From a virus (Duplodnaviria; Heunggongvirae; Uroviricota; Caudoviricetes): 30,187 bases of DNA. The stretch lies in IMG/VR virus record IMGVR_UViG_3300029033_000135. One strand, given 5' to 3'. Both the position numbers and the translations under genes were made by a program. The notes beneath the pieces were generated by a model. It saw nothing but the letters and a program-made list of their open reading frames with translations. It did not search any database and was not told where the DNA came from. Below, one piece after another: positions 1-9,579 of the stretch (its first letter is position 1; each line of letters begins with the position of its first letter).

Positions 1-168
1 GGTGAGCGCCATAATGCACTTGATGACGCCCGTTACCAGGCAAAATACGTTTCAGTTATCTGGCAAAAACTGATCCCGAGTCAGGCTGATTCTTAATGTT
101 CAACTGTCGCCGGTTGTGACTGGTATTCTGCAACCGGCGCTCGTCTGATGTAAGAGATAAAGAAATCG

Positions 169-420
169 ATGAGCGAAGTAATCATGATTGTCTCTCCCGG
201 CAAATGGGTATCCGAAGAGCAGTTAATTGCGCTGAAAGGAATAAAAAAAGGTACGTTAAAAAAGGCCCGGGAAAAATCGTTTATGGAAGGAAGGGAATAT
301 AAGCATGTCGCTCATGACGGTATGCCATGGGATAACAGTCCATGCTTTTACAACCTGGAAGAAATTGATCGCTGGATTGAGCGCCAGGCATCAGCGAGAC
401 CAAGACGTCATCTTACTTGA
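169..420 (+). CDS. xis: Excisionase-like protein (Xis family)
   Basis: 83-aa basic protein ending 20 nt before the integrase start; contains GREY (EGREYKHVAHDG), similar to the DGREY segment of lambda Xis. Confidence 0.6.
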   Translation: MSEVIMIVSPGKWVSEEQLIALKGIKKGTLKKAREKSFMEGREYKHVAHDGMPWDNSPCFYNLEEIDRWIERQASARPRRHLT

Positions 421-439
421 CTAAAAGCCACACTAACTA

Positions 440-1735
440 ATGAGAGAAGTTGAAATGAAATATCCGACAGGCGTGGAAAACCATGGAGGGAAATTACGTA
501 TCTGGTTTGTTTATAAAGACGTAAGAGTCAGGGAAAATCTGGGGGTTCCTGACACAGCAAAAAACAGGCGCGTTGCAGGTGAACTACGCTCCTCTGTTTG
601 TTACGCAATAAAAACTGGTGTTTTCGACTATGCAAAACAGTTTCCCTCCTCACGCAATCTGGAAAAATTTGGTGAGGCCCGACAAGATTTAACCATAAAA
701 GAACTGGCTGAAAAATTTCTGGCACTGAAAGAAACTGAAGTCGCCAAAACATCACTCAACACATACCGTGCCGTCATCAAAAATATCCTGAGCATAATCG
801 GTGAAAAAAATCTTGCCTCATCGATTAATAAAGAAAAATTACTGGAGGTTCGTAAAGAGTTACTGACTGGATACCAGATCCCCAAAAGTAACTATATTGT
901 TACACAACCAGGGAGATCGGCTGTAACTGTAAATAATTACATGACAAATCTTAACGCCGTGTTCCAGTTTGGTGTTGATAACGGTTACCTGGCAGATAAT
1001 CCGTTTAAGGGGATCTCGCCATTAAAGGAATCAAGAACCATTCCGGATCCTCTTTCGCGGGAAGAATTTATCCGTCTTATCGATGCGTGCAGAAATCAGC
1101 AAGCAAAAAATTTATGGTGTGTTTCTGTTTATACTGGAGTTCGCCCTGGTGAGCTGTGTGCACTTGGATGGGAGGACATAGATCTGAAAAATGGAACAAT
1201 GATGATCAGGAGAAATTTAGCAAAAGACCGTTTCACGGTACCAAAAACACAGGCGGGAACCAATCGGGTCATTCATCTTATTAAGCCAGCAATCGACGCT
1301 CTCCGGAGTCAGATGACATTAACGAGACTGAGCAAAGAGCATATCATTGATGTTCACCTCAGAGAGTATGGCAGAACAGAAAAACAAAAATGCACCTTTG
1401 TTTTTCAACCTGAAGTGTCAGCGAGAGTAAAAAATTATGGTGACCATTTTACCGTTGACTCAATAAGGCAGATGTGGGACGCAGCGATAAAACGTGCCGG
1501 ACTCCGCCATCGAAAATCATATCAGTCGAGACATACTTATGCCTGCTGGTCGCTGACAGCTGGTGCTAACCCGGCATTTATAGCAAACCAGATGGGCCAT
1601 GCAGATGCGCAAATGGTATTTCAGGTATACGGAAAATGGATGTCTGAAAACAATAATGCACAGGTAGCTTTGTTAAATACACAGTTAAGCGAGTTTGCCC
1701 CAACCATGCCCCATAACGAAGCAATGAAAAATTAA
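440..1735 (+). CDS. int: Phage tyrosine integrase (site-specific recombinase), apparently intact
   Basis: 431-aa ORF with C-terminal catalytic signature (RPGELCALGWEDID ... SRHTYACWSLTAG ... QMGHAD ... VYGKWM). An alternative start is the Met at 455 (MKYPTG). Confidence 0.9.
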   Translation: MREVEMKYPTGVENHGGKLRIWFVYKDVRVRENLGVPDTAKNRRVAGELRSSVCYAIKTGVFDYAKQFPSSRNLEKFGEARQDLTIKELAEKFLALKETEVAKTSLNTYRAVIKNILSIIGEKNLASSINKEKLLEVRKELLTGYQIPKSNYIVTQPGRSAVTVNNYMTNLNAVFQFGVDNGYLADNPFKGISPLKESRTIPDPLSREEFIRLIDACRNQQAKNLWCVSVYTGVRPGELCALGWEDIDLKNGTMMIRRNLAKDRFTVPKTQAGTNRVIHLIKPAIDALRSQMTLTRLSKEHIIDVHLREYGRTEKQKCTFVFQPEVSARVKNYGDHFTVDSIRQMWDAAIKRAGLRHRKSYQSRHTYACWSLTAGANPAFIANQMGHADAQMVFQVYGKWMSENNNAQVALLNTQLSEFAPTMPHNEAMKN

Positions 1736-1922
1736 TTTAATATTTATCAAATAGTTAACACGCATGACTCTTGAAATCCATAAATTCAAGCGCAGTGCCC
1801 AGCCATCCCGATACTGCTGCTTTCACCAAATCCTTAGTGCTTCTTTCATGTTTTTCTATTGTCATAATGGTTATCTCTAAAAAAGAGGTAAGATGCGTAC
1901 TACTTACTCGCCGTTATTGGTA

Positions 1923-2942
1923 TTATTCAGAAAAAGTGAGTAAGACTTTGCAGCAATGTTTTTGATCCTGTTCAAATAAACTAATGGCATCAGCAACATG
2001 CTGGAAATCAAACGTATGGGTAATTAATTTTTCTGGTTTAATTAACCCTTTACTTAACCAGTCGATAACAACCGGAAATTTATTTGCATTTAAGCGTGAA
2101 GAGAAAATAGAGAGTTCTTTTCCGGTAATTCCTTGCTGAATCACTTCAGACGGTTCACTGGAGAAGCCCATCAATACAATACGTGCCGCTGGAGAAGCCA
2201 GCGTTACGGCCTCTTTCAGGATAGAAGGATGACAAGCCGCATCGATAATTAATGTCGGCTTGATGCCTTTTTCAGCGAAAATCTCGCCAAGCGGTGTCTG
2301 GCTGTTATTAATCGCCCTGTCTGCCCCGCTCTCTTTCGCTTTTTCCAGTCGTTCATCAATGCGATCGGCAACAATCACATTTTTAACGTTATAGACGCCT
2401 TTTAATACCTGAACGATCGTCAGGCCGATTGGACCGGCACCATAAACCAGAACGGTATCATTTTCAGTCGGTTGACCATGTCCGGTTACGTTAGCCGCAA
2501 TGGTAAAAGGTTCGATCATCACCGCATATTGATCGGCCACTGCTTCAGGAATTTTCCACGCATTTTTTGCCGGAACCACGGCATATTCACTGAAACCACC
2601 GTCAGCGTGCACACCTAATACAGCAAGTGTCGTACAAACGTTCGGTTTACCTATAGAGCACGGATAGCAATGCCCACAGCTGACCACCGGATCGACAGCA
2701 ACACGTTCGCCGACTCTGGCGCTTTCCACGCCGTCACCCACCGCATCAATGACGCCAAAGAATTCATGTCCAATGACGCGCGGATATTTCGCAAAAGGAT
2801 TATGCCCACGATAAATATGGCTATCTGAACCACAAATTCCGGCAAGTTTCACTTTTACTCGTACTTCACCCGCTGACGGGGTGGGTATTTCACGTTCGAC
2901 AATCGCCAGTTGATTCGGTTTTTCAATTAATATGCTTTTCAT
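1923..2942 (-). CDS. rspB: Zn-dependent alcohol dehydrogenase family starvation-sensing protein RspB
   Basis: Matches remembered K-12 RspB from MKSILIEKPNQL to KVLLTFSE; Zn-ADH motifs GHEFFG and CGHCYPC. ATG at 2942 chosen over the extended ORF start at 2966. Confidence 0.9.
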   Translation of the reverse strand: MKSILIEKPNQLAIVEREIPTPSAGEVRVKVKLAGICGSDSHIYRGHNPFAKYPRVIGHEFFGVIDAVGDGVESARVGERVAVDPVVSCGHCYPCSIGKPNVCTTLAVLGVHADGGFSEYAVVPAKNAWKIPEAVADQYAVMIEPFTIAANVTGHGQPTENDTVLVYGAGPIGLTIVQVLKGVYNVKNVIVADRIDERLEKAKESGADRAINNSQTPLGEIFAEKGIKPTLIIDAACHPSILKEAVTLASPAARIVLMGFSSEPSEVIQQGITGKELSIFSSRLNANKFPVVIDWLSKGLIKPEKLITHTFDFQHVADAISLFEQDQKHCCKVLLTFSE

Positions 2943-2953
2943 TATCTTACTCC

Positions 2954-4168
2954 TTACCAGTTCCACAGCGTGCCATCTTCCAGACGTGCGACTGGTAGAT
3001 AAGCAGGTTCATAGGGATATTTCGCCGCCAGCTTTTCATCGAATTCGATGCCAAGACCCGGTTTGTCTCCCGGATGCATATAGCCGTTATCGAAAGTCCA
3101 GTTGTGCGGGAAGACTTCGAGCATTTGTTCGGAATAACCCATGTATTCCTGGACACCGAAATTGGGGACCCACAGATCAAAGTGCAGCGCTGCAGCCATG
3201 CAGACTGGTGACAAATCGGAAGGACCGTGTGAGCCAGTACGTACCTGATACAGCGAAGCAAAATCGGCAATCCGGCGCATACCGGTAATTCCGCCTGCAT
3301 GGGTCAGCGTGGTGCGGATATAATCGATGAGTTGCTCTTCAATCAGTTGTTTGCAGTCCCAGATGCTGTTGAAGACTTCACCCACTGCGATGGGTGTGAC
3401 GGTATGTTGGCGAATGAGACGGAAGCATTCCTGGTTTTCTGCAGGCGTCGGGTCTTCCATCCAGAACATGCGATAATCTTCAATGCTTTTACCAAAGCGC
3501 GCCGCTTCAATAGGCGTTAAGCGATGGTGCATGTCATGCAGCAAATGTTCATTAAAACCAAACTTGTTACGTACCGCGTCAAACAATTTCGGCATGAAAT
3601 CGAGGTATTTCTCCGTCGACCACAGCTGCTCTTCCGGCCACTGTCCTTTGGTTGCGGGTTCATAAGCCAGACCTTTACCTTTCGACATGCCGTAGGTGGT
3701 TTTCATACCAGGGATTCCGCACTGCACGCGGATGGCTTTGAATCCCAGCTCCTGATGACGGGCATAATCATCCAGAGCTTCATCAATACTGTGACCGGTG
3801 GTATGGCAATAAACCATCACCCCTTCACGAGACGCGCCGCCGAGTAACTGGTAAAGCGGCATGTTGGCAGCTTTGGCTTTAATATCCCACAGCGCCATAT
3901 CAACCGCTGAAATGGCCGACATCGTAACCGGACCGCGACGCCAGTAAGCACCTTTATAGAAAAACTGCCAGATATCTTCGATACGGTGCGCATCGCGACC
4001 AATAAGCTGCGGACAAAGGTGATCCTGCAAATAAGAGGCCACGGAAAGCTCACGTCCATTGAGGGTGGCATCCCCAAGGCCCGTAATACCGTCCTCAGTG
4101 GTGATTTTTAATGTGACGAAATTACGCCCCGGACAGGTAACAAAAACTTCAGCCTTTACGATCTTCAT
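2954..4168 (-). CDS. rspA: Enolase-superfamily starvation-sensing protein RspA (mannonate dehydratase-like)
   Basis: Matches remembered K-12 RspA ([17 protein letters not shown] ... EDGTLWNW); stop 12 nt upstream of rspB start. Start placed at MKIVK (4168) rather than the extended ORF start at 4201. Confidence 0.9.
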
Positions 4169-4373
4169 GTTCGATTCCTTGCATCGCTTGTCGTGATGCA
4201 TGAAATCTACGCAACTGAGCTACTACCATACAAGTATAAAGATCGAAAAAAGCCGGAGTGATCACAAAAAAAGGCGTATATTTGCGCTGTGAATGGTTGA
4301 CAAAAGATGAAATAGAATACCTTTTGTCAGCTGACACTTCCTCTTATCTTATTGATAAAATGGATTTATGTTC

Positions 4374-4700
4374 CTACGTGCGCCCCCAGCCCGCAACAAT
4401 GATCAACATGCCGCAAAGCGCAATCAACGCACCCGTCCAGTCATAAAGAGTCAGTTTCACGCCATCCACAACGCGCAGCCACATCAACGCCGTGCAGACA
4501 TAAACGCCACCATAAGCCGCGTAAACACGCCCACTCGCCGCTGGATGCAACGTTAACAACCAGACAAACAGCGCCAGTGAAATCCCCGCCGGAAGCAACA
4601 GCCAGATACTGGCGTTTCGTTTTAACCACAACCAGGGCAGAAAGCATCCAATAATTTCACACAGCGCAGTAGCAAAAAATAGTAACGTTGTTTTAATCAT
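4374..4700 (-). CDS. ynfA: UPF0060 inner membrane protein YnfA
   Basis: 108-aa hydrophobic protein ([27 protein letters not shown]...) matching remembered YnfA and its locus position. Confidence 0.85.
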
Positions 4701-4834
4701 CTTTGTCTCTTATTGACATCATGTATAGTTATAGGGCGACATAATATCATCAATATAAACACCCTCCTGGTACGTTTTGCGTCCGCAGTGGATGGTGTAG
4801 AATCACCTTTAATCATTCATACAGGGAATGAATT

Positions 4835-5176
4835 ATGAAAATCACTCTCAGCAAACGAATCGGCCTGCTCGCTATTCTGCTGCCTTGCGCACTGGCATTG
4901 AGCACAACTGTTCATGCCGAAACTAACAAACTGGTGATTGAGTCTGGCGACAGTGCACAAAGCCGCCAGCACGCCGCTATGGAAAAAGAGCAATGGAATG
5001 ACACGCGCAATCTGCGCCAGAAAGTGAATAAACGCACTGAAAAAGAGTGGGATAAAGCCGACGCCGCTTTTGATAACCGCGATAAATGTGAGCAAAGCGC
5101 CAACATCAATGCCTACTGGGAGCCCAATACTTTGCGCTGCCTGGACCGTCGAACTGGCCGCGTTATTACCCCCTAA
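4835..5176 (+). CDS. ynfB: Secreted protein YnfB (UPF0482), signal peptide
   Basis: 113 aa with N-terminal signal peptide ([28 protein letters not shown]); conserved position between ynfA and speG. Confidence 0.85.
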
Positions 5177-5210
5177 CCTGTTATTGATTTAAGGAATGTA
5201 AGGACACGTT

Positions 5211-5771
5211 ATGCCAAGCGCCCACAGTGTTAAGCTACGCCCGCTGGAGCGTGAAGATTTACGCTATGTACATCAACTCGACAACAACGCCAGTGTGATG
5301 CGTTACTGGTTTGAGGAACCCTACGAAGCCTTTGTTGAACTCTCTGATCTGTATGATAAGCATATTCACGATCAGAGCGAACGGCGCTTTGTGGTGGAAT
5401 GTGACGGCGAAAAAGCCGGTCTGGTGGAGCTGGTGGAAATTAACCATGTTCATCGCCGCGCAGAATTTCAGATAATTATCTCCCCGGAGTATCAGGGGAA
5501 AGGTCTGGCAACCCGTGCCGCCAAATTAGCAATGGACTATGGCTTTACCGTTCTCAATCTCTATAAGCTGTATCTGATCGTTGATAAAGAGAATGAAAAA
5601 GCGATTCACATTTACCGCAAGCTTGGCTTTTCGGTTGAAGGTGAATTGATGCACGAGTTCTTTATTAATGGTCAATATCGTAATGCCATTCGCATGTGTA
5701 TATTCCAGCATCAGTATCTGGCAGAGCACAAAACACCGGGTCAGACTCTCCTGAAGCCGACCGCACAATAG
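5211..5771 (+). CDS. speG: Spermidine N1-acetyltransferase SpeG (GNAT family)
   Basis: 186 aa; full-length match to remembered SpeG ([26 protein letters not shown] ... QTLLKPTAQ). Confidence 0.95.
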   Translation: MPSAHSVKLRPLEREDLRYVHQLDNNASVMRYWFEEPYEAFVELSDLYDKHIHDQSERRFVVECDGEKAGLVELVEINHVHRRAEFQIIISPEYQGKGLATRAAKLAMDYGFTVLNLYKLYLIVDKENEKAIHIYRKLGFSVEGELMHEFFINGQYRNAIRMCIFQHQYLAEHKTPGQTLLKPTAQ

Positions 5772-5773
5772 CA

Positions 5774-6484
5774 TTAATAATAATCGATCGTATTTTTGAT
5801 GGTGTAAACCCGTTCGACGGCGGGTTTTACTCCTTCATCAACAATGATTAGCTGACAGTCCACCGGATTAGCGTGACTGTCATATTCACAGCTCTGTTTT
5901 ACATTACCAACCCGTTGATTATTCAGTAAAGTAACCGCTGTGTAATCTAATTTTTTGATCGGATCCGTTGATGGCGTGGCGCTGACAGATAATGTTTTGT
6001 CGTTACTTTTCGTGGTTTTACCCAGCGGATAACCCTGATCATCATAGCGATATTCCATCTGCATTTGTTTGCTGCTGGCTTTAATCACGAAGCCATTATC
6101 ATCGGTTTCCCAACTCACCCCGGCAGAAGGTAATTCTGCTAGCTGGCATTTTCCCTGTAAACGTACTCTCTTCTCCAGCGTCTCGGCATCACGGTAATAA
6201 TTGGCGTCCAGTACCAGAGCGACCACGGTATTATTTTCCAGATCCAGTAATTCGAGTGAATCAAAACAGCCTTCTTCCGACAAAGTCCCAGAAACACGTT
6301 TCGTCACTTCACCTTGCTCATCCATTAATGTCTGAGTGAAATCTTTTACCGGACCACGCAGCGGATCAAAATCGAATTCATTAGAGAAACTGGCCATCTC
6401 AGGGGTAAATGAAAGTGTTACCTCTGTGCGGTCACATCCTGTGAGGAATATCGCGAGTAAGCATGGTAGTAATTTGTATTTCAC
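5774..6484 (-). CDS. ynfC: Lipoprotein YnfC (UPF0257)
   Basis: Lipobox LLAIFLTGC after a short signal sequence. Start set at the GTG at 6484 giving M-KYKLLPC; the upstream ATG at 6520 adds 12 residues absent from the remembered protein. Confidence 0.8.
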   Translation of the reverse strand: MKYKLLPCLLAIFLTGCDRTEVTLSFTPEMASFSNEFDFDPLRGPVKDFTQTLMDEQGEVTKRVSGTLSEEGCFDSLELLDLENNTVVALVLDANYYRDAETLEKRVRLQGKCQLAELPSAGVSWETDDNGFVIKASSKQMQMEYRYDDQGYPLGKTTKSNDKTLSVSATPSTDPIKKLDYTAVTLLNNQRVGNVKQSCEYDSHANPVDCQLIIVDEGVKPAVERVYTIKNTIDYY

Positions 6485-6591
6485 AACAGTCACCAGAGAG
6501 TAGAGATGATTCTCAATCATAGTAGCAAATACAGTACTTTACACGTTAAATGCTATGCTTAAAGAAGTTATCTTCGCGTAAGGAGCTTATG

Positions 6592-6897
6592 ATGAAACTC
6601 TCAACCTGCTGTGCCGCGCTTCTGCTCGCCCTCGCCTCACCCGTGGTACTCGCCGCGCCGGGATCCTGTGAGCGCATACAGAGCGATATATCACAGCGCA
6701 TTATCAATAATGGCGTACCCGAAAGCAGCTTCACGTTAAGTATTGTACCCAATGACCAGGTTGATCAGCCTGATTCCCAGGTCGTCGGCCATTGCGCTAA
6801 TGATACGCATAAAATTCTCTATACCCGCACCACCAGCGGTAACGTCTCTGCTCCCGCGCAGTCTACCCAGGATGGCGCGCCTGCCGAACCGCAGTAA
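6592..6897 (+). CDS. ynfD: Secreted protein YnfD (DUF1161), signal peptide
   Basis: SD taaggag at 6579-6585 precedes the ATG at 6592; product MKLSTCCAALLLALASPVVLA... has a signal peptide. The ORF-track start at 6550 is rejected. Confidence 0.8.
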   Translation: MKLSTCCAALLLALASPVVLAAPGSCERIQSDISQRIINNGVPESSFTLSIVPNDQVDQPDSQVVGHCANDTHKILYTRTTSGNVSAPAQSTQDGAPAEPQ

Positions 6898-6914
6898 TAC
6901 ATTATCGACTGAAC

Positions 6915-6935
6915 GCCGGATACGACACATCCGGC
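6915..6935 (+). terminator. Stem-loop downstream of ynfD (gccggat-N7-atccggc), possible weak terminator or REP-like element
   Basis: 7-bp perfect inverted repeat 18 nt after the ynfD stop; only a short T tract (gattt) follows. Confidence 0.3.
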
Positions 6936-6982
6936 GATTTGAACATACAACATAATCCCACCTTATTACTCATACCCTTCTA

Positions 6983-6996
6983 TTGATATGGATTAA
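6983..6996 (+). promoter_or_regulatory. Putative FNR/CRP-family binding site upstream of ynfE (TTGAT-N4-ATTAA)
   Basis: One mismatch from the FNR consensus TTGAT-N4-ATCAA, about 100 bp upstream of the ynfE ATG in an AT-rich promoter region; the ynfEFGH operon is known to be anaerobically expressed. Confidence 0.4.
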
Positions 6997-7095
6997 TAAT
7001 TCTTAACCCAAAATGGGTAGACTCCCTCTATTGTTAGCGCGCTAAATATTCAATATATAAACATTTATATAACGATAAAGAACAGGGAGTGAGTT

Positions 7096-9522
7096 ATGTC
7101 CAAAAATGACCGAATGGTGGGCATCAGCCGCAGAACACTCGTTAAATCAACCGCGATAGGTTCTCTGGCGCTGGCTGCAGGCGGTTTTTCTTTACCGTTC
7201 ACCCTGCGCAGTGCAGCGGCAACGGTACAACAGGCCAGCGAAAAAGTGATCTGGGGTGCCTGTTCCGTCAACTGTGGTAGCCGCTGTGCACTTCGTCTAC
7301 ATGTTAAAGATAATGAAGTGACCTGGGTGGAAACTGACAATACCCGCAGCGATGAGTACGGCAACCATCAGGTACGCGCCTGTTTGCGCGGTCGCTCCAT
7401 CCGCCGGCGTATTAATCATCCCGATCGCTTGAATTACCCAATGAAACGCGTGGGTACACGCGGTGAAGGCAAATTCGAACGGATTAGCTGGGATGAAGCC
7501 CTGGATACTATCGCCAGTAGCCTGAAAAAAACCGTCGAACAATATGGCAATGAGGCTGTATATATTCAGTACTCTTCGGGGATTGTTGGCGGCAATATGA
7601 CCCGCTCTTCGCCATCAGCCTCGGCGGTCAAACGCCTGATGAACTGCTACGGCGGTTCACTCAATCAGTATGGCTCCTACAGCACCGCGCAAATTTCCTG
7701 TGCCATGCCCTACACCTACGGCAGTAATGATGGCAACAGCACCACGGATATTGAAAACAGCAAGCTGGTCGTGATGTTTGGTAACAACCCGGCAGAAACC
7801 CGCATGAGCGGCGGTGGCATCACTTATCTTCTTGAAAAAGCGCGCGAGAAATCGAACGCCAAAATGATTGTTATCGATCCGCGATATACCGATACGGCTG
7901 CTGGTCGTGAAGATGAATGGCTCCCTATTCGCCCGGGCACCGATGCCGCGCTGGTTGCGGGTATTGCCTGGGTATTGATTAACGAAAATCTCGTTGATCA
8001 ACCTTTTCTCGATAAATACTGCGTCGGCTATGACGAAAAAACCTTACCCGCAGATGCACCCAAAAATGGTCACTATAAAGCCTATATTCTTGGTGAAGGT
8101 GATGATAACACAGCGAAAACGCCGCAGTGGGCTTCGCAAATTACCGGTATCCCGGTAGACCGTATCATCAAACTGGCGCGTGAAATTGGCACAGCAAAAC
8201 CCGCTTATATCTGCCAGGGCTGGGGGCCGCAACGCCAGGCAAACGGCGAACTGACTGCACGCGCTATTGCTATGTTACCTATTTTGACGGGCAATGTCGG
8301 CATCAGCGGCGGAAATAGTGGCGCGCGTGAATCGACCTATACCATTACCATAGAACGCCTGCCGGTGCTGGATAATCCGGTCAAAACGTCAATCTCCTGC
8401 TTCAGCTGGACAGATGCTATCGATCATGGTCCGCAAATGACGGCAATCCGCGACGGCGTCCGCGGCAAAGATAAACTGGATGTGCCCATTAAGTTCATCT
8501 GGAACTACGCGGGAAATACCCTCGTTAATCAGCATTCTGACATCAACAAAACGCATGAAATTCTGCAGGACGAATCGAAATGCGAAATGATTGTGGTCAT
8601 CGAAAACTTTATGACCTCATCGGCAAAATATGCCGACATTCTGCTGCCAGACCTGATGACCGTTGAGCAGGAAGATATTATTCCTAACGACTACGCCGGT
8701 AACATGGGATATCTCATTTTCCTCCAGCCTGTCACCAGCGAAAAATTCGAACGCAAACCGATTTACTGGATCCTGAGTGAAGTCGCGAAACGTCTTGGAC
8801 CTGACGTCTATCAAAAGTTCACAGAAGGTCGCACGCAGGAACAATGGTTACAACATCTGTACGCCAAAATGCTTGCCAAAGATCCGGCGTTACCGTCTTA
8901 CGACGAACTGAAAAAAATGGGTATCTATAAGCGTAAAGATCCCAATGGCCATTTTGTCGCCTACAAAGCATTTCGTGACGACCCCGAGGCAAATCCACTT
9001 AAAACGCCTTCCGGTAAGATTGAAATTTATTCCAGCAGGCTGGCGGAAATTGCCCGTACCTGGGAACTGGAAAAAGATGAAGTGATAAGCCCATTGCCAG
9101 TTTATGCCTCAACCTTTGAAGGCTGGAACTCCCCTGAACGTAGAACCTTCCCACTGCAACTGTTTGGTTTCCATTACAAATCCCGTACTCACTCGACCTA
9201 CGGCAATATTGATCTCCTGAAGGCTGCCTGCCGTCAGGAGGTGTGGATCAACCCTATAGATGCGCAGAAACGTGGGATTGCCAACGGCGATATGGTGCGG
9301 GTGTTTAACCATCGTGGCGAAGTTCGGCTACCAGCCAAAGTAACACCACGTATTCTCCCTGGAGTTAGCGCTATGGGCCAGGGAGCCTGGCACGAGGCCA
9401 ATATGTCTGGCGATAAAATCGACCATGGCGGCTGTGTGAATACGCTAACCACTCTGCGCCCTTCACCACTGGCGAAGGGAAACCCGCAGCACACTAATCT
9501 GGTCGAGATCGAAAAAATATAA
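7096..9522 (+). CDS. ynfE: Tat-exported molybdopterin oxidoreductase catalytic subunit YnfE (DmsA paralog, selenate reductase)
   Basis: 808 aa; twin-arginine signal (SRRTLVKST), N-terminal Cys cluster (CSVNCGSRCALRLHV), molybdopterin oxidoreductase family architecture. Confidence 0.95.
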   Translation: MSKNDRMVGISRRTLVKSTAIGSLALAAGGFSLPFTLRSAAATVQQASEKVIWGACSVNCGSRCALRLHVKDNEVTWVETDNTRSDEYGNHQVRACLRGRSIRRRINHPDRLNYPMKRVGTRGEGKFERISWDEALDTIASSLKKTVEQYGNEAVYIQYSSGIVGGNMTRSSPSASAVKRLMNCYGGSLNQYGSYSTAQISCAMPYTYGSNDGNSTTDIENSKLVVMFGNNPAETRMSGGGITYLLEKAREKSNAKMIVIDPRYTDTAAGREDEWLPIRPGTDAALVAGIAWVLINENLVDQPFLDKYCVGYDEKTLPADAPKNGHYKAYILGEGDDNTAKTPQWASQITGIPVDRIIKLAREIGTAKPAYICQGWGPQRQANGELTARAIAMLPILTGNVGISGGNSGARESTYTITIERLPVLDNPVKTSISCFSWTDAIDHGPQMTAIRDGVRGKDKLDVPIKFIWNYAGNTLVNQHSDINKTHEILQDESKCEMIVVIENFMTSSAKYADILLPDLMTVEQEDIIPNDYAGNMGYLIFLQPVTSEKFERKPIYWILSEVAKRLGPDVYQKFTEGRTQEQWLQHLYAKMLAKDPALPSYDELKKMGIYKRKDPNGHFVAYKAFRDDPEANPLKTPSGKIEIYSSRLAEIARTWELEKDEVISPLPVYASTFEGWNSPERRTFPLQLFGFHYKSRTHSTYGNIDLLKAACRQEVWINPIDAQKRGIANGDMVRVFNHRGEVRLPAKVTPRILPGVSAMGQGAWHEANMSGDKIDHGGCVNTLTTLRPSPLAKGNPQHTNLVEIEKI

Positions 9523-9579
9523 CCCACGACAACCATAAATTCTGGCATGACATTTTGTTTGAAAAGCAATAAGTGAGTA

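Larger units (their letters stand above)
1..1800. mobile_element. Right end of a lambdoid prophage (xis-int module), at the K-12 Qin position next to rspB; remainder lies left of the window
   Basis: Excisionase-like and tyrosine integrase genes read toward rspB; in K-12 the Qin prophage integrase (intQ) lies immediately beside rspB. The att site was not identified. Confidence 0.65.

Noticed and set aside
1771-1965. 64-aa ORF between the integrase and rspB
   Set aside because: It overlaps the rspB 3' end, has no SD, and lies in the likely att/intergenic region.
2943-4201. Extended N-terminal starts from the ORF track for rspB (2966), rspA (4201), ynfC (6520), ynfD (6550) and the glycine-zipper gene (26575)
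   Set aside because: The extensions overlap upstream genes or lack an SD; the shorter starts match the remembered protein N-termini or have better ribosome-binding sites.
4258-4556. Small plus-strand ORFs overlapping the rspA upstream region and ynfA (4258-4446, 4368-4556)
   Set aside because: They overlap the well-supported ynfA gene on the opposite strand and its promoter region; no SD or motif support.
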